A DNA stretch of 64,000 nt, from positions 3,650-67,649 of the IMG/VR virus record IMGVR_UViG_3300033066_001787, one strand, 5' to 3'. Position 1 is the first letter of the stretch, and each line of letters opens with the position of its first letter. Made by a program: the position numbers and the translations under genes. Under the pieces are notes generated by a model. The model was not told the DNA's origin. It saw nothing but the letters and a program-made list of their open reading frames with translations, and made no database searches. The stretch comes from a virus. Lineage: Duplodnaviria > Caudoviricetes. Below are positions 56,066 through 64,000 of this stretch, one piece after another.

Positions 56066-57066
56066 TGAACGTTGGAGCATTCGTTTATTGTACGACACAG
56101 GGGTTGGGCATCTTGGCCAAATCCTTCTTTGACAACGGAGTAGTCAACAAACCCTGTATTCACCTCCACCACTGCAGGAAGAACAACACTCACTGGTATC
56201 CAGAAGGGACTCCCCGAATTGACAAACGTCTCGGGTACAGGATCGCTCACGAGTGGCTGAAGACGATCGACGTGCTGCTGGTGTTTGAGACTCCTTTTGA
56301 CTGGACTCTTATTCCTACAGCGAAGAGACTCGGCATACCAGTCGTCTTCATGCCGATGTACGAGTGCACTCCTCAAGTGATGCCTCATGAGCCTGACCGT
56401 TGGATCTGTCCTTCCGTGTTGGACTATGACTACTTCAAGAGCAAGCCAGACTGCAGGTACATCCCAGTGCCGGTGAGCGTGCCTTGGAAGCTACGAACTG
56501 AGGCAAAGGTATTCGTCCATAACGCAGGCAACGGAGGGCTGCTAGGACGCAATGGAACGAGAGAGCTCGTCAATTCCCTCAAGTACATCAAGAGCGATGC
56601 GCAGATCATCATCAGGGGCCAAGAGTTCAACGAGGAGTTTGAGAATGAGATTGCCAAAGTCTCATCCAATGTCGACGTTCACTACTCATCAGGCACGATC
56701 CCCTATGACAAGCTTTGGGAGGACGGAGATGTCTTTGTGTTCCCCGAGAAGTTCAACGGGCTGTCTCTTCCTCTTCAGGAAGCACGAGCGGCAGGAATGG
56801 CTGTTGCTGCTACTGATCGTCGTCCAAACAATCTCTACTTGCCACTGAGACACCTCATCCAGGTCAGCGGATACAACCGAGCGAGAGTGGGAGTGAGCTA
56901 CCTTGAGTTTGATGAAGCAATCGTCAACCCTCTTCACATCGCTAACAGGATCGATGAGATGTATGGTCAAGACATCTCGGATGTCTCCTACTCAGGCCAG
57001 GAGTTTGCCAAAACCTACTCTTGGGAAAACTTGAAACCTCAGTACATGGAGGCTTTCTCACTATGA
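56065..57066 (+). CDS. GT-B glycosyltransferase (GT4-like)
   Basis: VHNAG.GG...RNG, DVFVFPEKFNGLSLPLQEA.AAG.AV..TD. Confidence 0.85.
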   Translation: MNVGAFVYCTTQGLGILAKSFFDNGVVNKPCIHLHHCRKNNTHWYPEGTPRIDKRLGYRIAHEWLKTIDVLLVFETPFDWTLIPTAKRLGIPVVFMPMYECTPQVMPHEPDRWICPSVLDYDYFKSKPDCRYIPVPVSVPWKLRTEAKVFVHNAGNGGLLGRNGTRELVNSLKYIKSDAQIIIRGQEFNEEFENEIAKVSSNVDVHYSSGTIPYDKLWEDGDVFVFPEKFNGLSLPLQEARAAGMAVAATDRRPNNLYLPLRHLIQVSGYNRARVGVSYLEFDEAIVNPLHIANRIDEMYGQDISDVSYSGQEFAKTYSWENLKPQYMEAFSL

Positions 57067-57968
57067 AAATTCTCTACATTGCCAAGCATACTCCTTGTGA
57101 TAATGAAGACGAGATTGCTATTGCCTATGCTCTGGAACAACTTGGCCATGAAGTACTAAGGATTCAGGAATTCAATGGACACAACGCTCTCGCTCATCGT
57201 GCTGACTTCTGCTTGTTCCATAAGTATGACAACTACGAGGTCATTGAGGCTGTCTCTAAGCGTGTTCCAACCATCTGCTGGTTCTTCGACAAAGTCAAGT
57301 TTGACGAACCAAAGCTGGCAGCCAGGAGCGAGCTGAGAGTCAACTGGATGGAGCAGATCACTAAGTTCTGTCACACTATCTTCTGCACGGATGGAGACTG
57401 GGTTGACCAAGATGAGTCAGGAAAGCTCTGCTGGTTGATGCAGGGAGCGGATGAACGTTATGTAGGGTTTGGAGAGCCTAACCAACAGGTTGCTCCGATC
57501 CTCTTTACAGGAACTCCTCGACACGGACAGCAGCGAGAAGACCATATTGCTCATTTGCAAGAACGTTGGGGTGATAGGTTCCAGGTGTTAGGGGCAGGAG
57601 GCAATAAGAGCAGGAAGCACGGTCGAGAACTCGCAAACATCATCGCCAGCTCTAAGATCATCATCGCTCCAGACGGTCCAAGCACTGATCGATACTGGTC
57701 AAATAGGGTCTACCTCATCTCTGGGTTTGGCGGTCTGCTGCTGCATCCTCACTGTTCAAATCTCAGACACCACTACAGTTCAAAAGAAGTTCTGATGTAC
57801 GCCGATCGAGACCATCTTGACGACATGATCGAGATCTTCTTGGACATGGACAATTCAAAGTTGCAAGAGATCAGGGTCAATGCTTACGAGAGAACTCTCA
57901 AGGACAATCTCTATCGTCATCGGTGTGAGCAGCTGGTCAATACCTTCAAGGAGCGAAGCAAATGGTAG
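57063..57968 (+). CDS. GT-B glycosyltransferase (CgeB/DUF3880-like)
   Basis: ILFTG, L...IASSKI.I, SNRVY...G.GG.LL. Confidence 0.8.
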   Translation: MKILYIAKHTPCDNEDEIAIAYALEQLGHEVLRIQEFNGHNALAHRADFCLFHKYDNYEVIEAVSKRVPTICWFFDKVKFDEPKLAARSELRVNWMEQITKFCHTIFCTDGDWVDQDESGKLCWLMQGADERYVGFGEPNQQVAPILFTGTPRHGQQREDHIAHLQERWGDRFQVLGAGGNKSRKHGRELANIIASSKIIIAPDGPSTDRYWSNRVYLISGFGGLLLHPHCSNLRHHYSSKEVLMYADRDHLDDMIEIFLDMDNSKLQEIRVNAYERTLKDNLYRHRCEQLVNTFKERSKW

Positions 57969-58483
57969 AACCAATATCAGATCCAGCCTACTGGAGAGAT
58001 CGACTAGCCTGCTACAACGCAAGCAATCCTCACCACATCATCATGAAGATGGATATCGACGAGTGGGGCAAGATCGAGTCAGTACACAGACTATTACTTG
58101 CTCAGCTCCTCAAGCCAAATGACTCGATCCTTGACGCCGGATGTGGATATGGTCGGCTATTGAGGTTGATGCCTACGACATGGAGAGGAGAGTATCTCGG
58201 CGTCGATCTCTCTCCTGACTTCATCGAGCTGGCGAGGAAGGAACATCCTGACTGTGATTTCGTCGTTGGCCGTCTCGATGATCTATCAAGAATCGCCTAT
58301 GTTCCGAACCAAGACAACCCGTTGAAGAAGTTTGACTGGTGCGTATGCGTCTCGATCCGAGAGATGGTGATCAAGAATGAAGGAGAATCATCGTGGACTA
58401 GCAAATTAGCGCAGATGAGGAAGATCAGCAAACGTGTGTTGATCCTTGAGTACAACGTCAACGACAAGGGAGAGATTCTGTGA
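57962..58483 (+). CDS. class I SAM-dependent methyltransferase
   Basis: ILDAGCGYGR, GVDLS, GRLDD. Confidence 0.85.
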   Translation: MVEPISDPAYWRDRLACYNASNPHHIIMKMDIDEWGKIESVHRLLLAQLLKPNDSILDAGCGYGRLLRLMPTTWRGEYLGVDLSPDFIELARKEHPDCDFVVGRLDDLSRIAYVPNQDNPLKKFDWCVCVSIREMVIKNEGESSWTSKLAQMRKISKRVLILEYNVNDKGEIL

Positions 58484-58920
58484 TTGAAAAGATTTGGGGA
58501 AGCCAGAAGAACGGAGATTTGCTGGCGATCTGGGTACATGGCAAACAAGTCCCTCGGGAACAGGGCACTTGTCAATTCCTCACTCCTCCTTTTACAGAAC
58601 TACAGGTGGGATACTTCAACTACCAGGAAGGTCATGAGTTCAAGGCTCACAAGCATATCCCGCGGAAGAGGGTCATTGAGTACACTGCCGAGACTCTGCT
58701 GATCTGCTCTGGTTCACTGAGGTTCGATCTCTACTGCGAGAACGGTGATCCAGTACGGTCAGACGTTGCGGTGGCCGGAGACATTCTCATTCTTCTCAGG
58801 GGAGGTCATGGCTTTCAAGCATTGGCCGATCTAGAGATGATCGAGATCAAGCAAGGACCGTTCAATCCACGATTTGATAAGATGCCTCTACACGGAGCAG
58901 AAGAAGATGCAAGCGTATGA
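58480..58920 (+). CDS. WbuC-like sugar-pathway cupin
   Basis: AHKH...E.L....G, GD...L..GGHGF......IEIKQGP. Confidence 0.8.
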   Translation: MIEKIWGSQKNGDLLAIWVHGKQVPREQGTCQFLTPPFTELQVGYFNYQEGHEFKAHKHIPRKRVIEYTAETLLICSGSLRFDLYCENGDPVRSDVAVAGDILILLRGGHGFQALADLEMIEIKQGPFNPRFDKMPLHGAEEDASV

Positions 58921-59965
58921 ACGATTGGAGAACTTGTTTGAGGAGTGGGCGCAAGTCGACAACGCAGTGGCTTGTAGCTCTGGCACGTCAGCTATTCAGC
59001 TGGCGATCGAGGCTCTTCAACTTCCCAAGGGTAGCACCGTCCTGATCCCTGAGTTCTGCATGATCGCTATCCCACGAGCGGTCAAGATGGCAGGTCTACA
59101 GGTCAAGACGATCGACATCGAGCTGAAGAGGCTCAATATTGATCCAGAGCTGTTGCCTGACCAGATCACCAACTACCAAGAACCAGCTTCTGACATGGAG
59201 TACAACCTTCCTCAGTCTCCCTACCAGAACGTGTCAGCCATCATCGTCGTCTCCACTTATGGCCGAGCTGCGAACAGTCTGGTGTTTGACTGGGCTAACC
59301 TTCACAACATCCCGGTGATTGAAGACCTAGCAGAAGCTCACGGAGTTCATCCTGATTACCGATCAGCAGCGTATTGCTGGAGCTTCTACAAGAACAAGAT
59401 CATCTGTGGAGAAGAGGGAGGGCTGGTTGCTTTCAAGGAGAAGGAAGTTGCTGACCGAGCGAGATCTCTACGCTGTATGGGATTCAACTCAGAGCACGAT
59501 TTCCTCCACAGGCCAGGAGGGTTCAACGCGAGGATGTCGAACGCTCATGCTGAGATCATCCTTCAGTCGCTGGCTCAGGCCGACAACAACTTGAAGAAGC
59601 GAGAGGACATGGTTGACTTGTATGCTTCTCTCATCTCTCAGGAGTTCTGGATGACAGAGCGAGACGTCAACTGGGTCTATGACATCCAGTTCCCTCATGG
59701 TCATCGGTTGAGGAATCGGGCAGAAGATATGGCGGTGGCGATGAGGGTCTGCGGAGCGAGAATGTCATTCAAGCCGGTGACTCGTCAGCTAGAGTTCTTG
59801 GCGAAGTCTCCCAGACTCGGAATGAAAGAGCCTCTCTGGACGTGGACGGAAGCTCACACTGCCTCTCAGAACGTGTTCTACCTTCCACTGACTCCCAATC
59901 AGTACGCTTTCGACGAGGTAGAGACAGCGGCAAAGCTCTTCAACCGCCTCGTGAACACTCTATGA
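58907..59965 (+). CDS. DegT/DnrJ/EryC1/StrS PLP aminotransferase (perosamine-synthase-like)
   Basis: SSGTSAIQLA, IEDLAEAHG, SFYKNKII..EEGG (PLP Lys), GFNARMSN. Confidence 0.9.
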   Translation: MQAYERLENLFEEWAQVDNAVACSSGTSAIQLAIEALQLPKGSTVLIPEFCMIAIPRAVKMAGLQVKTIDIELKRLNIDPELLPDQITNYQEPASDMEYNLPQSPYQNVSAIIVVSTYGRAANSLVFDWANLHNIPVIEDLAEAHGVHPDYRSAAYCWSFYKNKIICGEEGGLVAFKEKEVADRARSLRCMGFNSEHDFLHRPGGFNARMSNAHAEIILQSLAQADNNLKKREDMVDLYASLISQEFWMTERDVNWVYDIQFPHGHRLRNRAEDMAVAMRVCGARMSFKPVTRQLEFLAKSPRLGMKEPLWTWTEAHTASQNVFYLPLTPNQYAFDEVETAAKLFNRLVNTL

Positions 59966-60057
59966 CCATCCTCGATCATGGATTTCATCATCTCTGACCA
60001 AGTTTTAGGAAATCTGATACTTCTATCATCCTCGGCCAACTCGACCTTATAGAATGA

Positions 60058-60095
60058 AGAAACCCCGCTAGAATTCTTCTAGTCGGGGCTCTTTT
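60058..60095. terminator. bidirectional intrinsic terminator
   Basis: CCCCG-CTAGAA/TTCTAG-TCGGGG-CTCTTTT between convergent operons. Confidence 0.75.
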
Positions 60096-60113
60096 ATCTG
60101 AAAAACTAATCTT

Positions 60114-60956
60114 TCAATCGCGTGAGTCGGATAATCGCTCTAGCGAGTGCTTGATCAGACTCAATGCATCATGGAACGAGAACACTCCAGAGATGAAGAT
60201 ACGGTTCTCATCTCTCGAGAAGTAGTCAAGTTCTGCCGCAGTCGGGACTCTAGGATAACCATGATCTGGTCCATGCACCACTTTGAGATCAACGACGGCG
60301 AAGGTCTTTCTCACGACGAAGCTCAGAGTCCTGAAGAACCAGCTAGAGACGAATGAAGACAGAGTGCTGACGTCGAGCGCGTCGCTCGTCCTCTTCAAGC
60401 AGACTCCGTCAATCACGTGCTGCTTCTGATGAGTGGTCAAGAACTTGTCGACCGCCCACAGCTCGACACGATATCCCTTTGACTCGAGAAGATGAGCAAG
60501 CGCGATCGAAGCAGCGCCTCTCCAGAGGACGTCGTCAGATCTGACTGAACTATACGTCGACATGTCGGTGATGATGGTCACCTCTGTTGGTCCGATCGTC
60601 ACTTGTCTCTCCGACTTTCTCCAAAACGATTGTCCTGAGCGTAGTCGGTCGATGCAGATCTCATCGCCGTCGTCTTCATGAAACACGGTTCGTCGCGCAT
60701 GACTCTTGACGTCAGGAAGATCTGCAGACTCAAGCTTCTCTACAAATTGCTGGACAGTCTGAACTCCATGCTCCCATACAGCCGAGTATTTCGCGATGGC
60801 AGAGTCCCAAGTTGGAAGATCTGCCCCGACGAATTGCGTTCGACCGTGATTGAGGAAATCTGCTTGAGACTTGTCAGCGTGATCCAGATACTCCTGAACT
60901 GAGGAGAACTTCCACGCGTAAGTCTTGATATGTGAGTTGCTGTTAAGAACTTCCAT
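60114..60956 (-). CDS. vWA-like partner of MoxR AAA+ ATPase
   Basis: VTIITD.S, RGA...AL...LE..GYRVE, FFR.L.F; adjacent to AAA gene. Confidence 0.7.
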   Translation of the reverse strand: MEVLNSNSHIKTYAWKFSSVQEYLDHADKSQADFLNHGRTQFVGADLPTWDSAIAKYSAVWEHGVQTVQQFVEKLESADLPDVKSHARRTVFHEDDGDEICIDRLRSGQSFWRKSERQVTIGPTEVTIITDMSTYSSVRSDDVLWRGAASIALAHLLESKGYRVELWAVDKFLTTHQKQHVIDGVCLKRTSDALDVSTLSSFVSSWFFRTLSFVVRKTFAVVDLKVVHGPDHGYPRVPTAAELDYFSRDENRIFISGVFSFHDALSLIKHSLERLSDSRD

Positions 60957-60993
60957 CTTGCTCGCTCCTGAAGAGATGATGTTGACAGAGGAC

Positions 60994-61022
60994 ATTATCA
61001 TAACTTACAATGACAAAGTACA
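60994..61022 (-). promoter_or_regulatory. sigma70-like promoter TGTACT-N17-GATAAT
   Basis: Directly upstream of the vWA-like gene; shared motif. Confidence 0.55.
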
Positions 61023-61042
61023 CAGTAAAGCGCAAGATGATC

Positions 61043-62206
61043 TCAGAATCCTTTGACTTTATTGATCTCATCAGCGCGCCATCCTGAGAAGAAAGCCTCG
61101 TCGATGTCAGCCATGGTCCACTGGCACTCGGTCATCATCTTATAAGCGTCACGCATAAATCGCGTGGACATGGCACGCTCGAGTCGGTGCTCGAGGATAG
61201 CTTTGCGGTATTTCTGAAGCTTCTCTCGCAAGACTGCGTCAGGGCACAGATCGGCTTCCACGCGTTCATCGTATCCCATGAGAACCTTGCCGATGGCGAA
61301 GCGGTCGAGAGTAGCGGCGTCCAACTTGTTACGACCGGAGTAGAGTCGATCAGCTCCAGTTCCCACGGTGTTCGCCGCAGCGACGCAGACGAAATCTGCA
61401 TGACGCTTCGCGTAAGGTTTTGACGGGCGATTGGGGACAGCGACGTGACCATTGGCGAGAGCGGCGTTGACGAGCAAAAGAACGTTCGGATCAGCGGCGT
61501 CGATCTCGTCGAGCAGGAACACGCCTCCGTTCTCGTAGCAGTCGATGAACTCGGAGATGACGTACTCGAATGTTCCTGATTTACCGACTGGAAGAAGACG
61601 TCCACCGAGAACTCCCTCAGACATCCCTGAGGTGCAAGAGACGAACGCGAATCTGAGATTGAGCGCTTCTGCGACTTGGTGACAGATGTGACTCTTGCCA
61701 CAACCTGTGGGCCCGTAGATGAAGACGTTCTGACGGGCAGTGGCAAGATCGAGGATCTTCTTGAACTGCGCGTGGAACAGGCCTTTGGTGATCTTGACAG
61801 TCTTACCTGTTGGAGCTTTCAGATGAATCTCAGCGATGTTTCCTTTGACTGAGTCCAGCTGCTTCTGCATTGAAGCGACTTGATCAGCGCAGCTCTCCTG
61901 CATCGCGACGATCTTCTTGGCGCACTCAGACATGAGCTGGTCGAACTTAGCTTGCGCCTCATCTGAGCTCACGACCGGCGGCTTGTAGCGAACGTTGACT
62001 GCCTTAGCTCCTTTCATCGTGCCGGAGATTCTCTCACTGACGACGAGAGTTTTGATGGCGAGGGCGATCGTCGCGGACTTGTAAGAGGTCAACGCCTCGA
62101 CCTTTTTGCAGAGAGCGTCTTGGCGAAAATACGTCTTGGGTTCTTTCTCAAGAACGTCGAGAATCGTCGAGATGAGAGTCGCAAACGAGAGAGGACTGGC
62201 GGCCAT
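61043..62206 (-). CDS. MoxR/CbbQ-like AAA+ ATPase (AAA_5) with N-terminal HTH-like and coiled-coil region
   Basis: GPTGCGKS, LLDEIDAA, AAANT.G, GRNKLDAATLDRF. Confidence 0.9.
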   Translation of the reverse strand: MAASPLSFATLISTILDVLEKEPKTYFRQDALCKKVEALTSYKSATIALAIKTLVVSERISGTMKGAKAVNVRYKPPVVSSDEAQAKFDQLMSECAKKIVAMQESCADQVASMQKQLDSVKGNIAEIHLKAPTGKTVKITKGLFHAQFKKILDLATARQNVFIYGPTGCGKSHICHQVAEALNLRFAFVSCTSGMSEGVLGGRLLPVGKSGTFEYVISEFIDCYENGGVFLLDEIDAADPNVLLLVNAALANGHVAVPNRPSKPYAKRHADFVCVAAANTVGTGADRLYSGRNKLDAATLDRFAIGKVLMGYDERVEADLCPDAVLREKLQKYRKAILEHRLERAMSTRFMRDAYKMMTECQWTMADIDEAFFSGWRADEINKVKGF

Positions 62207-62246
62207 CTGATAAGCTCCTGCAAAGAAGAATGTTGTTGCAGGAATG

Positions 62247-62275
62247 ATTATCGGCTATTCTCTCGCAAAAGTAAA
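62247..62275 (-). promoter_or_regulatory. sigma70-like promoter TTTACT-N17-GATAAT
   Basis: Upstream of AAA gene (AGGAG RBS); AT-rich upstream element. Confidence 0.7.
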
Positions 62276-62318
62276 TAATCTTGGTGAACTATTTTGAAGA
62301 TTTTTGAAAATAAATGAG

Positions 62319-62354
62319 AAAACCCTGCGCAGAGTGATTCTGGCAGGGGTTTTT
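62319..62354 (-). terminator. intrinsic terminator
   Basis: AAAACCCTGC...GCAGGGGTTTTT inverted repeat. Confidence 0.75.
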
Positions 62355-62372
62355 GTAATTTCTACAAAAGTT

Positions 62373-62567
62373 TCATGAGCCGACAGGACTGAACATCGAG
62401 AATCCTCGGCTGACGTTCGTGACTGGCCTTTGCTGGTATGCTGAGACCTCCTCGATCGAGATCACGTAGGAGCAGTTGTCAACGAACTTCTTGCAGGCAC
62501 TGTACTCGTCTTTGGCCCAGATATCACAACGATACCTTCCCAACACGTATATCCTGAATTTCTCCAT
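62373..62567 (-). CDS. small early hypothetical protein
   Basis: RBS, tiled. Confidence 0.45.
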   Translation of the reverse strand: MEKFRIYVLGRYRCDIWAKDEYSACKKFVDNCSYVISIEEVSAYQQRPVTNVSRGFSMFSPVGS

Positions 62568-62570
62568 AGG

Positions 62571-62789
62571 TCATCCCCTCATCTCGTTGCGAGTTGGGAC
62601 AGATCGGTCTGGGATCGAGGAGCAGTAGACTCGGGTGTACCCCATTCCCTTGGCCTCGGCCACAAGAGCCTTTTGAATTCGAGAGCTTTTCACCATCCCC
62701 TCCTCATCACGACGGTTAATGACGTCAGGAACGATGGCAAACACGAGACGCTGAGAACCAAGAGAGGCATAGACATAAGCAACGGACAT
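62571..62789 (-). CDS. small early hypothetical protein
   Basis: GGAG RBS. Confidence 0.5.
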   Translation of the reverse strand: MSVAYVYASLGSQRLVFAIVPDVINRRDEEGMVKSSRIQKALVAEAKGMGYTRVYCSSIPDRSVPTRNEMRG

Positions 62790-62908
62790 AGTTCAACTCC
62801 ATACGCTTGAGAAAATAACACACCACAACACGATCGATCCGAGAGAGGCGACTAGAGCAATATCAATGATCCAGTCGCTGTTTCTTTTGCCTTCCATGGC
62901 AGTTTCTC

Positions 62909-63307
62909 CTAAGCAGGAATATCTTCTTCTACAACGAGTTCTTCAGGAGGAGTGAGCAGAATGTGACCAACTCGTTTCATCAAATACTCCATCAACTCGT
63001 TGTAGTCCTGAAACTCCAGCAACGTTGACAAACAAGACCCGCTTGAAAGCGATCCTGAACCGTCCCAATGGAATCTTACAGACATGTTGTCATAGTAGGA
63101 ATCAGATTTCCTGATTGGGTATTTTTGCAAATTGAATTCCTTGAGGGCGATCTCCAATTTGCCAAATCGATCAGCCATCTCAAACTGTTCACGTTTCTCT
63201 TGTAAAGACATTGCTTTGTTCTTCATTTCAGTTTGCTCCAAATATTCGAGACAAAAATAAGGGATGAACACGATGTCATCTCCTAAAGTGAGGGTGACGT
63301 TTGCCAA
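62909..63307 (-). CDS. hypothetical protein
   Basis: Tiled; true start may be internal. Confidence 0.5.
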   Translation of the reverse strand: MANVTLTLGDDIVFIPYFCLEYLEQTEMKNKAMSLQEKREQFEMADRFGKLEIALKEFNLQKYPIRKSDSYYDNMSVRFHWDGSGSLSSGSCLSTLLEFQDYNELMEYLMKRVGHILLTPPEELVVEEDIPA

Positions 63308-63482
63308 TCATCTGCTCAACGTCGAGTTTCGTATCGCCAAGTCTGCCAGGAGCCCACCAAATAAAGCAGCAGTTGCCTAGACGGTTGTAAAACAACATGT
63401 GCTTCATTTCTATCTTGTATTCTCTTGGCAAAGAGACAGATGGCCCATCATACAAACCTCTGAGCAATTCGTAGTCCATCAC
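63276..63482 (-). CDS. hypothetical protein
   Basis: GTGA overlap. Confidence 0.45.
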   Translation of the reverse strand: MMDYELLRGLYDGPSVSLPREYKIEMKHMLFYNRLGNCCFIWWAPGRLGDTKLDVEQMIGKRHPHFRR

Positions 63483-63688
63483 AGAATTCCTTGACGGATG
63501 CGCTTTCGACGTTGACGCTGACTCATCCCTCTCCGACCTCCTGGCAGGTGCTTTGTTGATCCGCCACGGGTCATCTTATGCCTGCTCTCTGAGATCGTGG
63601 GCATCGCAGCAGCGAATTGACCCATGGCGAAGATCGACGCTGAGATAGCAAACGCTCGATAGCGAGAGACGATCTTGTCACTTGACAT
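63479..63688 (-). CDS. small basic hypothetical protein
   Basis: AAGGAG RBS. Confidence 0.45.
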   Translation of the reverse strand: MSSDKIVSRYRAFAISASIFAMGQFAAAMPTISESRHKMTRGGSTKHLPGGRRGMSQRQRRKRIRQGIL

Positions 63689-63920
63689 TCTGTTTTCTCC
63701 TTGATGGATCTGTCTTGCGTTTCTGACCTCGAGGACATCCTCGTGGATCTTTCTTCGGAGTGTCTCTGAACTTCTCAGCGTCGTGCTGACTCACTTCATA
63801 GTACGGTCGTCCTTGAAAATACTTGACGGTCGCCCGAAGCTTCTTAGTGCGGATCAACAGTCGGCAGTAAGAGATCGAGCATCCGATCAACTTGGCGGCG
63901 TCTACTGGGGTCATCATCAT
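63678..63920 (-). CDS. excisionase-like HTH DNA-binding protein with basic tail
   Basis: MTPVDAAKLIGCS..Y.R.LI...KLRA; PRGCPRGQKRK. Confidence 0.7.
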   Translation of the reverse strand: MMMTPVDAAKLIGCSISYCRLLIRTKKLRATVKYFQGRPYYEVSQHDAEKFRDTPKKDPRGCPRGQKRKTDPSRRKQNVK

Positions 63921-64000
63921 TCCTCGTCTGATTCAGGCGGACAGAGTTCATCAATGAACTGTTGTTTCTCCGTCGGAATCTCCGCGAAGCTGTATTTCTT
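63917..64000 (-). CDS. C-terminal fragment of a gene running off the window
   Basis: Open frame KKYSFAEIPTEK...DEE*, stop overlaps next ATG. Confidence 0.4.
   Translation of the reverse strand, partial: KKYSFAEIPTEKQQFIDELCPPESDEE

Noticed and set aside
1-64000. Integrase/att site, introns, inteins, IS elements
   Set aside because: No recombinase, transposase, intein or intron signatures recognised; lifestyle cannot be determined from this window

Overview
The window is most of a tailed dsDNA phage genome with a siphovirus-type tail (tail tube, frameshifted chaperone, tape measure, no sheath). No integrase, CRISPR array, rRNA or reverse transcriptase was seen. The host is probably a planctomycete; this is inferred from csrA, a secreted peptide ending CPGGICPR, an encapsulin-like capsid, and a papain-type protease where an endolysin would be expected. 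Layout on the + strand: recombination/replication/nucleotide metabolism (0-23.8 kb), packaging and head (23.8-37 kb), neck with an embedded lysis/envelope cassette (37-46 kb), tail (46-55 kb) and a sugar-modification cluster (55-60 kb). A - strand early region (60-64 kb) carries a MoxR AAA+/vWA-like pair. Main points of interest: (1) a thymidylate-synthase-fold enzyme with Asp at the pyrimidine-specificity position (predicted dCMP-specific), clustered with MazG-like, DUF1599, UDG-fold and SAM-methyltransferase genes, with ThyX encoded separately; (2) three glycosyltransferases plus a methyltransferase, cupin and DegT aminotransferase, which could decorate either that modified cytosine or Thr/Gly-rich virion proteins; (3) a Prs-like + Nampt-like pair matching the NARP1 NAD+-reconstitution anti-defence architecture; (4) a tRNA-like RNA with no canonical anticodon arm, preceded by a GGA-rich hairpin near csrA; (5) a prohead protease polyprotein carrying Asn-delimited cargo modules. 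All family assignments come from motif recognition by eye, not from database searches.
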